From Alphaproteobacteria bacterium (GTDB lineage Bacteria > Pseudomonadota > Alphaproteobacteria > JAAXGF01), in NCBI GenBank assembly GCA_963555825.3, contig CAUVXB020000002.1, positions 2,144,001-2,208,000 on the forward strand: a stretch of DNA of 64,000 bases, given 5' to 3'. A program made the position numbers and the translations under genes. The notes under the pieces were generated by a model. It saw only the letters and a list, made by a program, of their open reading frames with translations, searched no databases and was not told where the DNA came from. This document shows positions 51,863 to 64,000 of the stretch, piece by piece; position 1 is the first letter of the stretch; every line of letters begins with the position of its first letter.

Positions 51863-52134
51863 CCCGGATTTCTCACCAAGGACAGGCGCGTCATCGCGTC
51901 GGGCGGTCGCCGATCCGCCAGGAGAAGGCCGCGGAGCGTAGCCTGGGCTACGCGCAAGGCCTTCGACGCCGCGCACGCCCCGCCCGGCGCGACCCGAAGG
52001 GCGGCGGATCTCGGAAGACAGGCGGCGTCAAAGCGTTTGCCCGATGCGCGAGCATCGTGGCCCGCGCGCCTTTCCTAGCCTGTCGTCCGATATCCGCCGT
52101 GCCGCACCCGTCCTTGGTGAGAAAGCCGGGCTAG
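51859..52134. mobile_element. About 270-bp MITE flanked by CTAG
   Basis: CTAGCCCGGATTTCTCACCAAGGAC ... GTCCTTGGTGAGAAAGCCGGGCTAG, a 25-bp IR with one mismatch. Confidence 0.8.
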
Positions 52135-53306
52135 CGGTACGGATCGGCGGCGTCGCGCAGGCCGTCGCCGAAGAAGTTGAAGGCGAGCACGATGATGATG
52201 ACCGGCGCGACCGGCAGCATGAGCCAGGGATAGAGCGCGACGACGTTGATGTTCTGCGCCTCGTTCAACAGCACGCCCCAGCTGGTGATCGGCGGGCGCA
52301 GGCCGAGCCCGAGGAATGACAGCGCCGTCTCGCCGAGGATCATCGACGGGATCGACAGCGTGGCGCTCGCGATCAGGTGGCTCAGAAAACTCGGCAAGAG
52401 GTGACGGCCGATGACGCGCGACGGCGAGGCGCCCATCAGCACGGCGGCGGTCGCGAAATCTTCCTCGCGCAGCGCCAAGAGCTTCGAGCGCACCGCGCGC
52501 GCCAATCCCGTCCAGTCCAGCAGCCCGAGGATCACGGTGATGCCGAAGTAGATCAGGATCGGGTTCCAGGTCACCGGCAGCGCCGCCGAGAGCGCCATCC
52601 AGAGCGGCAGCTCCGGGAAGCTCCGGATGATCTCGATGAGGCGCTGCGCGACGGTATCGACCCAGCCGCCGTAATAGCCCGACACACCGCCGATGACGAT
52701 GCCCAGCGTGAAACTGATGATGATGCCGAACAGGCCGACGGTCAGCGAGATGCGCGTGCCGTAGATGATGCGCGACAGCATGTCGCGGCCCAACCGGTCG
52801 GTGCCGAACAGGAACAACTCGCCGCCCTCGGCCGGGCAGATCAGGTGAACGTCGCTCTCGAACAGGCCCCAGAAGGTGTAGCCGTCGCCCCGGCAGAAGA
52901 AGCGCAGCGGCTGAACCTTGTCCGGATTGGGCGTGTAGACGCGGCGAAAATCGGTCATGTCGAGGTAGTAGTCGAAGCCGTGGACGAACGGCCCGACAAA
53001 GCTGCCGTCGTGGAACAGATTTAGCGTCTGCGGTGGCGCGTAGATGAAATCGGTGTGCCGCGTGTGCAGGTTGTAGGGCGCCAGGAACTCGCTGATCAGG
53101 ATCGAAAAGTAGAGCGTGACCAGGACGGCGCCCGAGATGACCGCGATACGGTGGCGTCTGAGCTTGAACCACATCAGCGTCCATTGCGACGCCATGTAGT
53201 AACGCTCCTGCTCGGGCGTCAGCTGCTCGACCGCGTAGGGGTCGAACGGTTCGCGCGAGACGACGTGCTCGATTTCGGGCAACGAGGATTTGGTCGCGTC
53301 GGTCAT
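52131..53306 (-). CDS. Opp/Dpp-type ABC permease (OppC-like)
   Basis: FGTDRLGRD, EAA-loop region, ETALSFLGLG, GDGLRDAADP. Confidence 0.92.
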   Translation of the reverse strand: MTDATKSSLPEIEHVVSREPFDPYAVEQLTPEQERYYMASQWTLMWFKLRRHRIAVISGAVLVTLYFSILISEFLAPYNLHTRHTDFIYAPPQTLNLFHDGSFVGPFVHGFDYYLDMTDFRRVYTPNPDKVQPLRFFCRGDGYTFWGLFESDVHLICPAEGGELFLFGTDRLGRDMLSRIIYGTRISLTVGLFGIIISFTLGIVIGGVSGYYGGWVDTVAQRLIEIIRSFPELPLWMALSAALPVTWNPILIYFGITVILGLLDWTGLARAVRSKLLALREEDFATAAVLMGASPSRVIGRHLLPSFLSHLIASATLSIPSMILGETALSFLGLGLRPPITSWGVLLNEAQNINVVALYPWLMLPVAPVIIIVLAFNFFGDGLRDAADPYR

Positions 53307-53307
53307 G

Positions 53308-54306
53308 TCAGCGCGAGACCCCGCCTTGGAGCCGGATGCGCGGGTCGAGCATGGCGAGCAGCAGGTCCGAGATGAACACGCCGATCACCGTCAGCGACGC
53401 CAGGAACATCAGGAACGAGCCGGCGAGATACATGTCCTGGGTGCGCAGCGCGTTGAGCAACATCGGTCCGGTGGTCGGCAGCGACAGCACGACAGAAACG
53501 ATCGCCGCGCCCGAGATGATCTGCGGCAGCAGCATGCCGATGTCGGCGATGAACGGGTTGAGCGACATGCGCAGTGGGTATTTGACCAACAGCTTGAACG
53601 GCGGCAGGCCCTTGGCGCGGCCGGTGATGACGTATTGCTTGTGCAGCTCGTCGAGCAAGTTGGCGCGCAGGCGCCGGATCATGCCGGCGGTGCCCGAGGT
53701 GCCGATGACGATGACTGGAATCCACAGATGCTCGAGCACCGACATCGCCTTGGACCAGCTCCACGCCTCTTCGAGGTACATCGGGTCCATCAGCCCGCCG
53801 ATCGAGGTGCCGAAGGTGACGTTGGCGAAATAGAGCAGCACCAGGGCGAGCAGGAAATTGGGCGTTGCCAGGCCAAGAAAGCCGATGAAGGTGAGGCCGT
53901 GGTCGGCCCAGCTGTATTGGTGCGTCGCCGAGTAGACACCGATCGGGAACGATACCGCCCAGGTGAACATGATGGTCGAGAACGCGACGATGAAGCTGAG
54001 CAACAGGCGGTCGCCGACCACGTCGGTGACCGGCAGGCTGAACTCGAACGAATAGCCAAAATCGCCCTGCAGCATGCCGAATACCCATAGCAGGTACTGC
54101 TCGTACATCGGCTTGTCGAAGCCGTACTGCTGGCGCAAGAACTCGATCTTGTCGAGGTTGACCCTCTCGCCCTGGGACTCGAGCTCGGCGATATAGGTGG
54201 TCAGATAATCGCCCGGCGGCAGCTGGATGATGACGAAGGTGATCAGGCTGATCGCCAACAGCGTCGGGATCATGATCAAGAGACGGTGGGTCGTGTATGC
54301 GAACAC
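53308..54306 (-). CDS. Opp/Dpp-type ABC permease (OppB-like)
   Basis: LPPGD, GDFGYS, RAKGL, LDPRI. Confidence 0.92.
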   Translation of the reverse strand: MFAYTTHRLLIMIPTLLAISLITFVIIQLPPGDYLTTYIAELESQGERVNLDKIEFLRQQYGFDKPMYEQYLLWVFGMLQGDFGYSFEFSLPVTDVVGDRLLLSFIVAFSTIMFTWAVSFPIGVYSATHQYSWADHGLTFIGFLGLATPNFLLALVLLYFANVTFGTSIGGLMDPMYLEEAWSWSKAMSVLEHLWIPVIVIGTSGTAGMIRRLRANLLDELHKQYVITGRAKGLPPFKLLVKYPLRMSLNPFIADIGMLLPQIISGAAIVSVVLSLPTTGPMLLNALRTQDMYLAGSFLMFLASLTVIGVFISDLLLAMLDPRIRLQGGVSR

Positions 54307-54321
54307 CCGGGGCGGCCTCGC

Positions 54322-56291
54322 TCAGCCCGACGTATCGGCGGCGCCGTCGGGCGCGAACCAGAACGTCTCGGGCCGATACATGCCGAAGTGCGAGCCCGGG
54401 TCCCAATTGTAGATCCCTTCGGGCGGCACGTTTCGCATGCGGTTGCTGACCACCACCGGCTGGGGAATGCCGCTGACCAGGCCGATGGTGAAGACCTGCT
54501 CGGCGTGAATTTCGAGCATGCGCCGCCAGATCGCGGCGCGCTGGTCGCGCGAGCTTGCGCCGAGCCAGGCCTCGTGCAGGTCGGCGAGCTCGAGCGCCGC
54601 GTCGAGATCGACCGGCTCGCCCGAACGGCCGCCGGTCTCGTAATACTGGCCCCACATCGGCCAGTGATAGCCGTGTTGCGAGGTCGGCGCCAGCTCGTGC
54701 GGGCTCATGTCGGCGGTCGGCACGCCGTTTTCGTAACCGAACCAGATCGCCATCTGGGTCTGGCCGGCGAAAATGCGGTTGCGGAACACCTCGCGCTGCG
54801 ACGGCCTGGTGTAGAGCTTGATGCCGGCTTGCAGCCAGCTGTCGTGAATCAGTTCGAGGACGTCGGTCTGCTCGGTGTCCTCGCCGGCGGTCTCGACGAT
54901 GATCTCGAGCGACCGGCCGTCGGGCAGCAGGCGCACGCCGCGGTCGTCGCGCTCGGTCAGCCCGATCTCGTCCAACAGCACGTTGGCGGCTTCGACGTCG
55001 AGCTCGGCCCAGGCCGAGCGGTACTCGGCCCTGAACAGCGGGCTCAATGGCAGCACCGTGTTGTTGCCCTCGATGCCCAGCCCGTAATAGATCACCTGGT
55101 TGATCTCGTGCCGGTTGATCGCCATCGACAGCGCGCGGCGAAAGCGCAAGTCGCGCATCAGGGCGCGCCACACCGGGTCGGTGACGTTGAGATTGGGGTA
55201 GAGCGCAAGCTGCGAGCCGCGCACCGTGCGCCACAGCCGCACGCGATAGTCGTTGCGCTCCTCGCCGGCCTTGAGGAACGTGTAGTTGTTGAAGAACAGT
55301 CCGCGCGCCTGCAAATCGCTCTCGCCGGCGCCGGTCTTGGCCGGGATCAGCCGCGAGCTGCCGACGTCGAGCAGCACGCGGTCGATGTAGGGCAGCTGCC
55401 GCCCGACCGCGTCGATGCGGTGGAAATAGGGGTTGCGCACGGCCACGAAGCGCGTCGCCGGCTGCACCGTCGTGTTCATCCAGGGCTGCAGCGTCGGCAG
55501 CGCCGGATTGTCGAAGCGGTACATGTTGTCCTTGGAATTGTGCAGTGCCGCCCAGTTGTGCTTGCCGGTCTCCTCGGCCTGCGCCTCGAGCGCCGCCGGG
55601 TCGGTATAGGCGATGTGAAACTGCTTGAGGTAATGCGCCGGGCGAAAGATGAACAGCGGCGAGGCGCCGGCCAACGCGGGCAGGAAGTTCGGGTTGGGCT
55701 TCGACCAAGTGAACCGTACCGTGGTCGCGTCGACAACCTCGAACTTGGGCGGCTTGCTGTCGATCAGCATGATCTTGGGCGGACCCGACGGCGCCAAGAG
55801 CTCGTTGTTGGCGACGTCCTCCCAGTAATAGCGGAAGTCCTCGGCGGTGAACGGTTGGCCGTCCGACCAGCGGTGACCGGCGCGCAGCGACAGCGTGAAG
55901 ACGCGCGAGTCGACGATCTCGATGCTCTTGAGGATGTCCGGCTCGAACTCGAACGTCTCGTTGTAGCAGACCAGCCGCGCATAACCGTAGACGACCAGAA
56001 GGCGCACGTCTTTCGTGCGGCCGACCAACATGTGCCAGTCGCCGCCATACTCGCCCAGGCTGCGCGCATCGCCGGGCGGCACGACCAGCGGCTCGGCCGG
56101 CAGACGTTCGGTGACCGGCGGCAATTCGCCGGCGCCGACCGGTTCGCTCAGCGCGGGCGGCTCGACGAACGCATCCGGCACGCCGGCGGCCGGCAATTCG
56201 AGGACCACCGTGCCGGCCGCCGCGGGCAGCGCGGCGAGCAGCAATGCGCCGAGTGCCGCGAGGCCCAGCCGGCGGTAACGGCGGCGTGCGC

Positions 56292-56295
<4 letters not shown>
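54322..56295 (-). CDS. ABC substrate-binding protein (family 5)
   Basis: Signal peptide, LPPVTERLP, WSDGQPFTAED, RNPYF, LPYID. Confidence 0.92.
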
Positions 56296-58171
<1,876 letters not shown>

Positions 58172-58175
<4 letters not shown>

Positions 58176-58672
58176 TTGGAGTCCGGCGCGGGCTCGACGG
58201 CGTCCAGGCCGAGCGCCGTCAAATTGATGGCAGTCGAATCGCCCAGCGCAACACTATTGGCGCGCGCCGCGGACAGCGCGCGCCCGACAATCTGCGAGAA
58301 ATCGCCGATCGTCGAATCGAGCCTAAACGTGCGGCCCGACCCGCTGAGCTTCAGTTGCATCCATCCTCCCTGCCGATCTTTTTTCGTTGAATAATACCTG
58401 AGGGTCATAGCGTTAAGGTCCCGCCAACGCAACAAGCCTCCAGCGGGACCCGTCACCTCGATCGCTTCGTCGGAAATCTCCACGCTCGACAGATGATGGA
58501 GAATCGTTCGCAACCCATACAAGGCGAATAATGAGGCAAGCGCGACCAGGATGTAAACCACTACGGGCACGGCATCGGCCAGGACGATCGGCCCGACCGT
58601 GCAGGCGAGGCCGGCGGCGGCGCGGGTATAATCGGCGGCGAGCGCGCCAAGCGGATAACTGTGCCGGCTCAT
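58172..58672 (-). CDS. Hypothetical 2-TM membrane protein
   Basis: In-operon ORF overlapping the ATPase start. Two hydrophobic helices followed by a beta-rich domain. Confidence 0.7.
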
Positions 58673-58744
58673 GACACCGCGTCGTGACCCGCGTCGCGCC
58701 TTCGGTCCGGCGCGTCGTTCAGACCATGCCAGTCGGTCATTTGC

Positions 58745-59890
58745 TCACTCCGCCCACTCGGCGATCAACGCGGCGCTCCGCGCCGCGCCGTCGATTGCGA
58801 TAGCGCCCGAGCCGGGCCGTGGCGCCGCCAGCGCCGTGTCGACGGCCGCGGCGAGCCCGGCCGCGGTGAGATCGTGCTCGTCAACCACGCGCGCCAAACC
58901 CATTGCCGCCAGACGCGCGGTACGCAGCGCCTGCTCGGTCTGCCCGCCGCGCGCGAACGGCACCAGGATCGTCCGGACGCGCGCCTGCATGAGGTCGACG
59001 ACGGTATTGTATCCAGCCTGGGAAATCGACACAGCGCAATTCGCCAGCAGATCGGCGAAATCGGGCCGCGCCGGCTCGACGACGACGCCGTCGGGCGGCC
59101 GCGCCGCCAGACGGGCGAAATCCGCCGCCGGCAGGTTGGCGCCGGCAAGCAGGCGCCAGCGCTTGTCCGCCGCGCCGGTCGATATTGCGCGCGCCTCGAT
59201 CGCGGCCGCCATCAGCGCCGTGCCGACGGCGCCGCCGCCGGCCGAAACGACGACCTCGTCCCAACCGTCGTCGCCCGGGCGACCGCGCCGGCCCGCGGCG
59301 GCGGCGACGTAGCCGGTGTAGGCGATCTGCTCGGCGATCTCGCCGGCCGCCGGAAAGCTGTCGTCGAAGCACACGACCGCCGGGTCGCCATGCACCAGGA
59401 CAGCGTCGAAATAGCGCCGCGCCCAAGCGGCCGCCTCGGCGGTGCGCTTGGGCGCCCGTGCGGTCAGGATGTCGCGCACCGACGAAATTATCCGTGGCCG
59501 GGGTGTCACTGCCTGTGCGGCGTCGAGCAGCGGCAGCAGCTCGAAGCGCATCTGGCGGCGGCCGAAGGGAAACATCTCGACTACCAGCACGTCGGGTGCG
59601 GCGGCGCGGAACAACGCCAAGAGCCGGTCGCGGCGGCGCGCGAGCCAGGCCTCGTCGACCTCGCTTCCGCCGGCGTCGACCAGACCCGAGAACGCCGCGT
59701 CGTGGCTCTTGAGCGGCGGCAGCTGGACGAGCGTCGCATCGCCGACGTCGAGACCGTCGACCGGCACGCCGCCGCTCGCCAGCGTGACCTCGAGACCGAG
59801 TTCGGCGCTGGCGCGCGCAATGATGGCGGCGCGCTTCAAGTGGCCGGTCCCCAGCAGGTGTTGGACGTAGATCAGCACGCGGCGCGTCAT
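58745..59890 (-). CDS. Glycosyltransferase (GT28 C-terminal-like)
   Basis: YVQHLLGTGH, EMFPFGRR, SQAGYNT, EQALR. Confidence 0.85.
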   Translation of the reverse strand: MTRRVLIYVQHLLGTGHLKRAAIIARASAELGLEVTLASGGVPVDGLDVGDATLVQLPPLKSHDAAFSGLVDAGGSEVDEAWLARRRDRLLALFRAAAPDVLVVEMFPFGRRQMRFELLPLLDAAQAVTPRPRIISSVRDILTARAPKRTAEAAAWARRYFDAVLVHGDPAVVCFDDSFPAAGEIAEQIAYTGYVAAAAGRRGRPGDDGWDEVVVSAGGGAVGTALMAAAIEARAISTGAADKRWRLLAGANLPAADFARLAARPPDGVVVEPARPDFADLLANCAVSISQAGYNTVVDLMQARVRTILVPFARGGQTEQALRTARLAAMGLARVVDEHDLTAAGLAAAVDTALAAPRPGSGAIAIDGAARSAALIAEWAE

Positions 59891-60477
59891 GGCGCGCCGA
59901 GTGGCAGGTTGAGCGCCACGACGGTGGGCGTGCCGTCGGCGGCGAGGCCGAACAGATGGGCGCGGTCCCAGGCGAGCCGCGCCGGTGGGTCGACGGTCAT
60001 GTCCCAACGAGTGGCCAGCGCGTAAAGCGCGCGGATGACGCCCTTGTGGCTGACCACGGCAACCGGGCGCCCGGCGCGCGCCAGTTCGGCCAGCCAGGGC
60101 GCGAGCCGCGCCTGGACGTCGCGTGGGCTCTCGCCGCCGTCGGGCCTGAAGTCGAGGCCGCGCGCCTCGTTCTCGGTCATCGCCGCGCCCAGCTCGGCGC
60201 GCAGCTCGGCGAGCCGGCGACCTTCCCATGCGCCCCAGTCCATTTCGATCAAGCGCGGTTCGGTGGCGCAGTCGCGGGCCCCCATGAGCCGCGCCGTCTC
60301 GCGCGCCCGCCCGAGTGGGCTCGACAGCCAGCCGACGGCGCCCAGCTCGGGCGGCAGGCGCCAGCCGGCGGCGGCGCTGCGGCCAGCGGCGCTCAACGGC
60401 TCGTCGGCGTGGCCCTGGATGCGGCCCGCTTCGTTCCACGCCGTCGGCGCGTGGCGGATCATGGCGAGCCGGGTCAT
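59887..60477 (-). CDS. Histidine phosphatase family
   Basis: RHAPT.WN, SSPL.RARET, SHKGV. Confidence 0.88.
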   Translation of the reverse strand: MTRLAMIRHAPTAWNEAGRIQGHADEPLSAAGRSAAAGWRLPPELGAVGWLSSPLGRARETARLMGARDCATEPRLIEMDWGAWEGRRLAELRAELGAAMTENEARGLDFRPDGGESPRDVQARLAPWLAELARAGRPVAVVSHKGVIRALYALATRWDMTVDPPARLAWDRAHLFGLAADGTPTVVALNLPLGAP

Positions 60478-61616
60478 CGCGCCGTCCGGGCAACGGCGAG
60501 CGCAACGGCGAGCGTCGCGCTGGCGGCCGCCATGCCGTGATCGCGTGCGATGCGGTCGGCGGCGTTGGCGCCGAGGCGCGCGCGCAGGCTCGGGTCGGCA
60601 AGCAACGCACGGAGCTGCTCGGCGAACGCCGCGTCATCACCGGGCGGTGTCAGAAAGCCGGTTTCGCCATCGACGACGATGTCGACGACGCCGCGCACCC
60701 GGCCGGCGACGACCGGCGTGCCGGCGGCCTGCGCCTCGAGCAAGGCGAGACCGTAGGCCTCGTTGACCGCCGGCCAGGCGACGATGTCGGCGGCGGCGTA
60801 AAGCGCCGGCATCGCGTCCGGGTTGCGTTCGCCGGCGTCGGCAACGCGTCTCGGGCCGAGCGCGTCGAGCGCTGCGACGACCTCGCCGCGCGCCGGGCCG
60901 TCGCCGACCACGACGAGGCGCCACGCGATGTCGCCGAGATGACCGAGTGCGGCGGCCAGGCGGCGATACGAGGCGAGCTTGTCGCCCGGTCGCATCATGC
61001 CGACGGCGAGCAGCCAGGGCGCGTCGGTGTCGAGGCCGAGCTCGGCGGCAAGGTGCATCCGGTGCGCCGTGCGATCGGCACGCGCCGCTTCGAATGGCGC
61101 CGGGTCGAGGAAGGGCTTGAGCGCAATCAGGCGCTCGGGCGCGCCGACCAGGGGGCGCAGGCAGGCGACGTCGTCGCTGTTGACGGTCAGCACCGCATCG
61201 GCGCCGGCGATCGCGGCGGCGGCGGCGGCGTGGCCGGCGGCCCAGAGTCCGTCGACTTGTTTCGGCGCCGACGACGCCTCGGCGACCAGATAGGGGATGT
61301 CGAGCGCCGCGCTCACCGCCGGACCGAGCCAATCGGGCGCCTTGTGGTAGAGGTGATAGGTGAACCACGCCTCGGGCCGCGTGGCCGAAGCCGTGTAGCG
61401 CTCGATCAGCGCAGCCGCCTCGGCTTCGCCGCGCGCGCGTATGCCGGCTTGCCGCGCGGCGTCGCCGGCGCCTTCGAAGCTGCGCAGTGTGGAGGCGACG
61501 TCGACCTCGTGGCCGGCGGCGCGGAGCGCGGCGACGATCAGGCCGGCCATGCGGCGGTCGCCCGACGGCACCGGGTGGCTCGGCGCCTTGAGCGGGGCAT
61601 AGAAGGCGATGCGCAT
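60474..61616 (-). CDS. GT4 glycosyltransferase
   Basis: PSGDRRM, EAYGLALLEAQAAG. Confidence 0.9.
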   Translation of the reverse strand: MRIAFYAPLKAPSHPVPSGDRRMAGLIVAALRAAGHEVDVASTLRSFEGAGDAARQAGIRARGEAEAAALIERYTASATRPEAWFTYHLYHKAPDWLGPAVSAALDIPYLVAEASSAPKQVDGLWAAGHAAAAAAIAGADAVLTVNSDDVACLRPLVGAPERLIALKPFLDPAPFEAARADRTAHRMHLAAELGLDTDAPWLLAVGMMRPGDKLASYRRLAAALGHLGDIAWRLVVVGDGPARGEVVAALDALGPRRVADAGERNPDAMPALYAAADIVAWPAVNEAYGLALLEAQAAGTPVVAGRVRGVVDIVVDGETGFLTPPGDDAAFAEQLRALLADPSLRARLGANAADRIARDHGMAAASATLAVALAVARTAR

Positions 61617-61634
61617 GGCGGCTCCGTTGCCCCG

Positions 61635-62861
61635 TCAGCCGACGAGCCCGAACTTCGCCGCCAGCCGAACGATGCCGTCGCGCATGGCGAAACGTTCGCG
61701 CACCCGCGCCTCGCCCGCCGCGCCGAGCTCGGCGCGCCGCGCCGGATCGCCGATCAACGCAACCAGCGCAGTGCCCAGCGCGGCACGGTCGCGCGGCTCG
61801 ACGAGGCGGCCGGTGACGCCGTCCTCGATTAGCTCGGGTACCGCCGAGACCCGCGTCGCGAGCACGGCGAGCCCCTGGGACTGGGCCTCCATCAACACGT
61901 TGGGCAGGCCGTCGCGGTCGCCGTCATCGGCGATCCGGCTGGCGAGCACGAAGAGGTCGGCGGCGCGGTAGTTGCGCAGCACGACGTCTTGCGGCTGGGC
62001 GCCAAGCCAGTCGATCCGGCCATCGAGGCCGGCGGCGCGCGCTGCGCGCTCGAGTGTCTCGTGCAGCGGGCCATCGCCGATGTGAACCAACCGCCAGTGG
62101 AGATCGTCGGGCAGCGATGCCAGTGCGGCGATAAGATCGTCGTAGCCTTTCTTGACCACCGCGCGCCCGACCGAGAGCAGGATGACGGGGTCATTCGGGT
62201 TGCTGCCGTCGCGCGGCGGCCGCCGGCCGTCGGTGGGCGGAAAGCGGGCCAGATCGAGACCATGATAGGCGAGCTCGACACGGCCGGCCGGGGCAAGCGC
62301 GGCGAGATGATCGCGGTTGGTCGCCGTGCAGGTCACCAGCCAGTCGCAATCGGCGAGCTTTTCGGCCAGTTCCCATTCGGGCGAGGTCCAGATGTCCTTG
62401 GCATGCGCCGAGCAGCTCCATGGCAGACCGGCGATCGTTGCGGCGTAGCGCGTCACCGACGCCGGCGTATGCAGGAAATGCGCATGCAGGCGAACGGCAT
62501 CGGCCGGCGCTTCATGCGCCAGCACCAGCGCCTGGCCGAAGCGGCGCGCCCGATTGCGGCTGATGTCGCGCCGCAGGTCGCCGAGCCAGGCGCGCCGCGC
62601 CGCACGGTAGCCCGGCTTGCGGCGCATCGCCCGCCAGGCGCGCCACACCCGGCGCGGTTCGTCGCCGAGATATTCCGGCAGGTAGTTGACCGGCGCGACG
62701 ATTTCGCCGTGGATCGGATGGACATGAGCATCGGTCGGGTGGCGCAGCGAGGCAATCGTGATGTCGAGGCCGCGCTGCTCGAGGCCGCGAATCTCTTGTG
62801 CGATGAAAGTCTCTGAGAGACGCGGGTAGCCCTTCAGGACGAAGACGACCGGGCCGTCCAC
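61635..62861 (-). CDS. GT4 glycosyltransferase
   Basis: YPRLSETFI, KKGY, DGLPNVLMEA. Confidence 0.9.
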   Translation of the reverse strand: MDGPVVFVLKGYPRLSETFIAQEIRGLEQRGLDITIASLRHPTDAHVHPIHGEIVAPVNYLPEYLGDEPRRVWRAWRAMRRKPGYRAARRAWLGDLRRDISRNRARRFGQALVLAHEAPADAVRLHAHFLHTPASVTRYAATIAGLPWSCSAHAKDIWTSPEWELAEKLADCDWLVTCTATNRDHLAALAPAGRVELAYHGLDLARFPPTDGRRPPRDGSNPNDPVILLSVGRAVVKKGYDDLIAALASLPDDLHWRLVHIGDGPLHETLERAARAAGLDGRIDWLGAQPQDVVLRNYRAADLFVLASRIADDGDRDGLPNVLMEAQSQGLAVLATRVSAVPELIEDGVTGRLVEPRDRAALGTALVALIGDPARRAELGAAGEARVRERFAMRDGIVRLAAKFGLVG

Positions 62862-62869
62862 CGAACCCC

Positions 62870-64000
62870 TTATCCCGATTGCCGGCGCTGCGCGATACCG
62901 AGCTCGCGATCGCGATCGTCCAGGCGCATGCCGACGAGGCGGTTGAGGTTGATGAAGCCGTCCAGGAGGCCCGGAATGACGACCTCGGAGGGCTGGCTCT
63001 GCTGCGGCAACTGGCGCAGCGCGGTCGCCATGGCGAAGGGGTCGCGCATCTCGTCATCGACCAGCATCGACACCAGGCCCAGGTCGCGCGCCTGCACGGT
63101 GCGGATGTATTGCTCCATGCGCGGCACCCGGCGCGGCACGATCAGCGCCCGCTTGTCTAACGACAGGATCTCGCAGAAGGTGTTGTAGCCGCCCATGGCA
63201 ACGACGCCGGCGGCGCGCGCCATCAGGCCCTCGAGATAGGTGTCGAAGACGATCGCCTTGACCCGCGGCAGTTGGCTGACACGCTCTTGGAACATCGCCT
63301 GCAGCTCGGGTTGCATGAACGGTCCGAACACGATCAGCGCGTTCCACGGCGGCGGCGTGCTGCACTCATAGGCGCCCAGCACCCAGTCGATCAGTCCCTC
63401 GCCGTCACCGCCGCCGCCCGCGGTGACCAACAGATAGGGCTCCTCGATCAAGTCGCCGATGTGCGAGGCCGCCGCGCCCGCCGGCACGGTGCGCGGCAGA
63501 TAGCCGGTGAAGGTGACCTTGCGGCGTACCTTGGCGGGCATGTCGATCTCGGCGATCGGGTCGCAGATCTGCGGCAGGCCATAGATCCAGATGTCGTCGT
63601 AAAGATCGGTCAACGACGGCATGACTTTCTTGCGCTCCCATTCGGGCACCAGGAGCTTCGGTTCGTCGAGCACGTCGCGCAAGCCAAGGACGAGACGGGT
63701 GCCGCCTTCCTTGAGCATGCTCAGCGTGTCCTCGACCTCGCCGCGCAGGCCGAGCGGCTCCTTGTCGACGATGAAGATGTCGGGCTGGAAGATATCGGCG
63801 GTGTGCTTAATGATCGAGGCGCGCATCGCCAGCATCTGCTCGATGTCGATGTGCAGGTTGAGCGACGTGTATTCGCCGTTGCGCAGCTTGATGACGCCCG
63901 GGATGCGCACGAAGTCGACGCGGGCGCGAAAGTCGAAGCTGCCGATGATCGGCGAGCCCGACAGGATCAGCACCGACAGGTGCTTGTTTTCCTCGACCAG
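62870..64000 (-). CDS. Glycosyltransferase (GT28 C-terminal-like), 5' end outside window
   Basis: VDKEPLG, GGGGDG, MGGYNTFCE, EQYIR. Frame open to the window edge. Confidence 0.85.
   Translation of the reverse strand: MVEENKHLSVLILSGSPIIGSFDFRARVDFVRIPGVIKLRNGEYTSLNLHIDIEQMLAMRASIIKHTADIFQPDIFIVDKEPLGLRGEVEDTLSMLKEGGTRLVLGLRDVLDEPKLLVPEWERKKVMPSLTDLYDDIWIYGLPQICDPIAEIDMPAKVRRKVTFTGYLPRTVPAGAAASHIGDLIEEPYLLVTAGGGGDGEGLIDWVLGAYECSTPPPWNALIVFGPFMQPELQAMFQERVSQLPRVKAIVFDTYLEGLMARAAGVVAMGGYNTFCEILSLDKRALIVPRRVPRMEQYIRTVQARDLGLVSMLVDDEMRDPFAMATALRQLPQQSQPSEVVIPGLLDGFINLNRLVGMRLDDRDRELGIAQRRQSG

Overview
GC-rich alphaproteobacterial chromosome segment (Rhodospirillales/Rhizobiales-like gene content; taxon is inference) with three zones. 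(1) 1-20.8 kb is the end of an integrative island whose large serine recombinase gene sits next to a comF truncated at its PRPP motif. The island carries TPR/2OG-Fe(II) oxygenase/sulfotransferase cargo and nested IS elements (3x IS21, IS110/IS1111, IS3, IS1595, ISKra4, IS1380 and IS256 remnants). (2) 20.8-36.6 kb holds comF', an ArsR regulator, an IS-split FAD oxidoreductase, a second TPR/2OG/sulfotransferase block with cysD-cysNC, yggS, and an IS hotspot built on REP-like double hairpins flanking a small orphan membrane-protein gene. (3) 36.6-64 kb is mostly core metabolism and transport, ending in an Opp-type ABC transporter plus glycosyltransferase/phosphatase operon. The strongest signal is two different IS1111-type elements whose 3' non-coding regions show readable bridge/seek-RNA guides matching their own target and donor junctions around a CT core. 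Both guides appear tuned to the same REP-like palindrome family, and one element has inserted at a look-alike site in an IS21 transposase gene. No rRNA, tRNA or CRISPR array was seen. Frameshifts and nonsense codons may be real decay or assembly errors.
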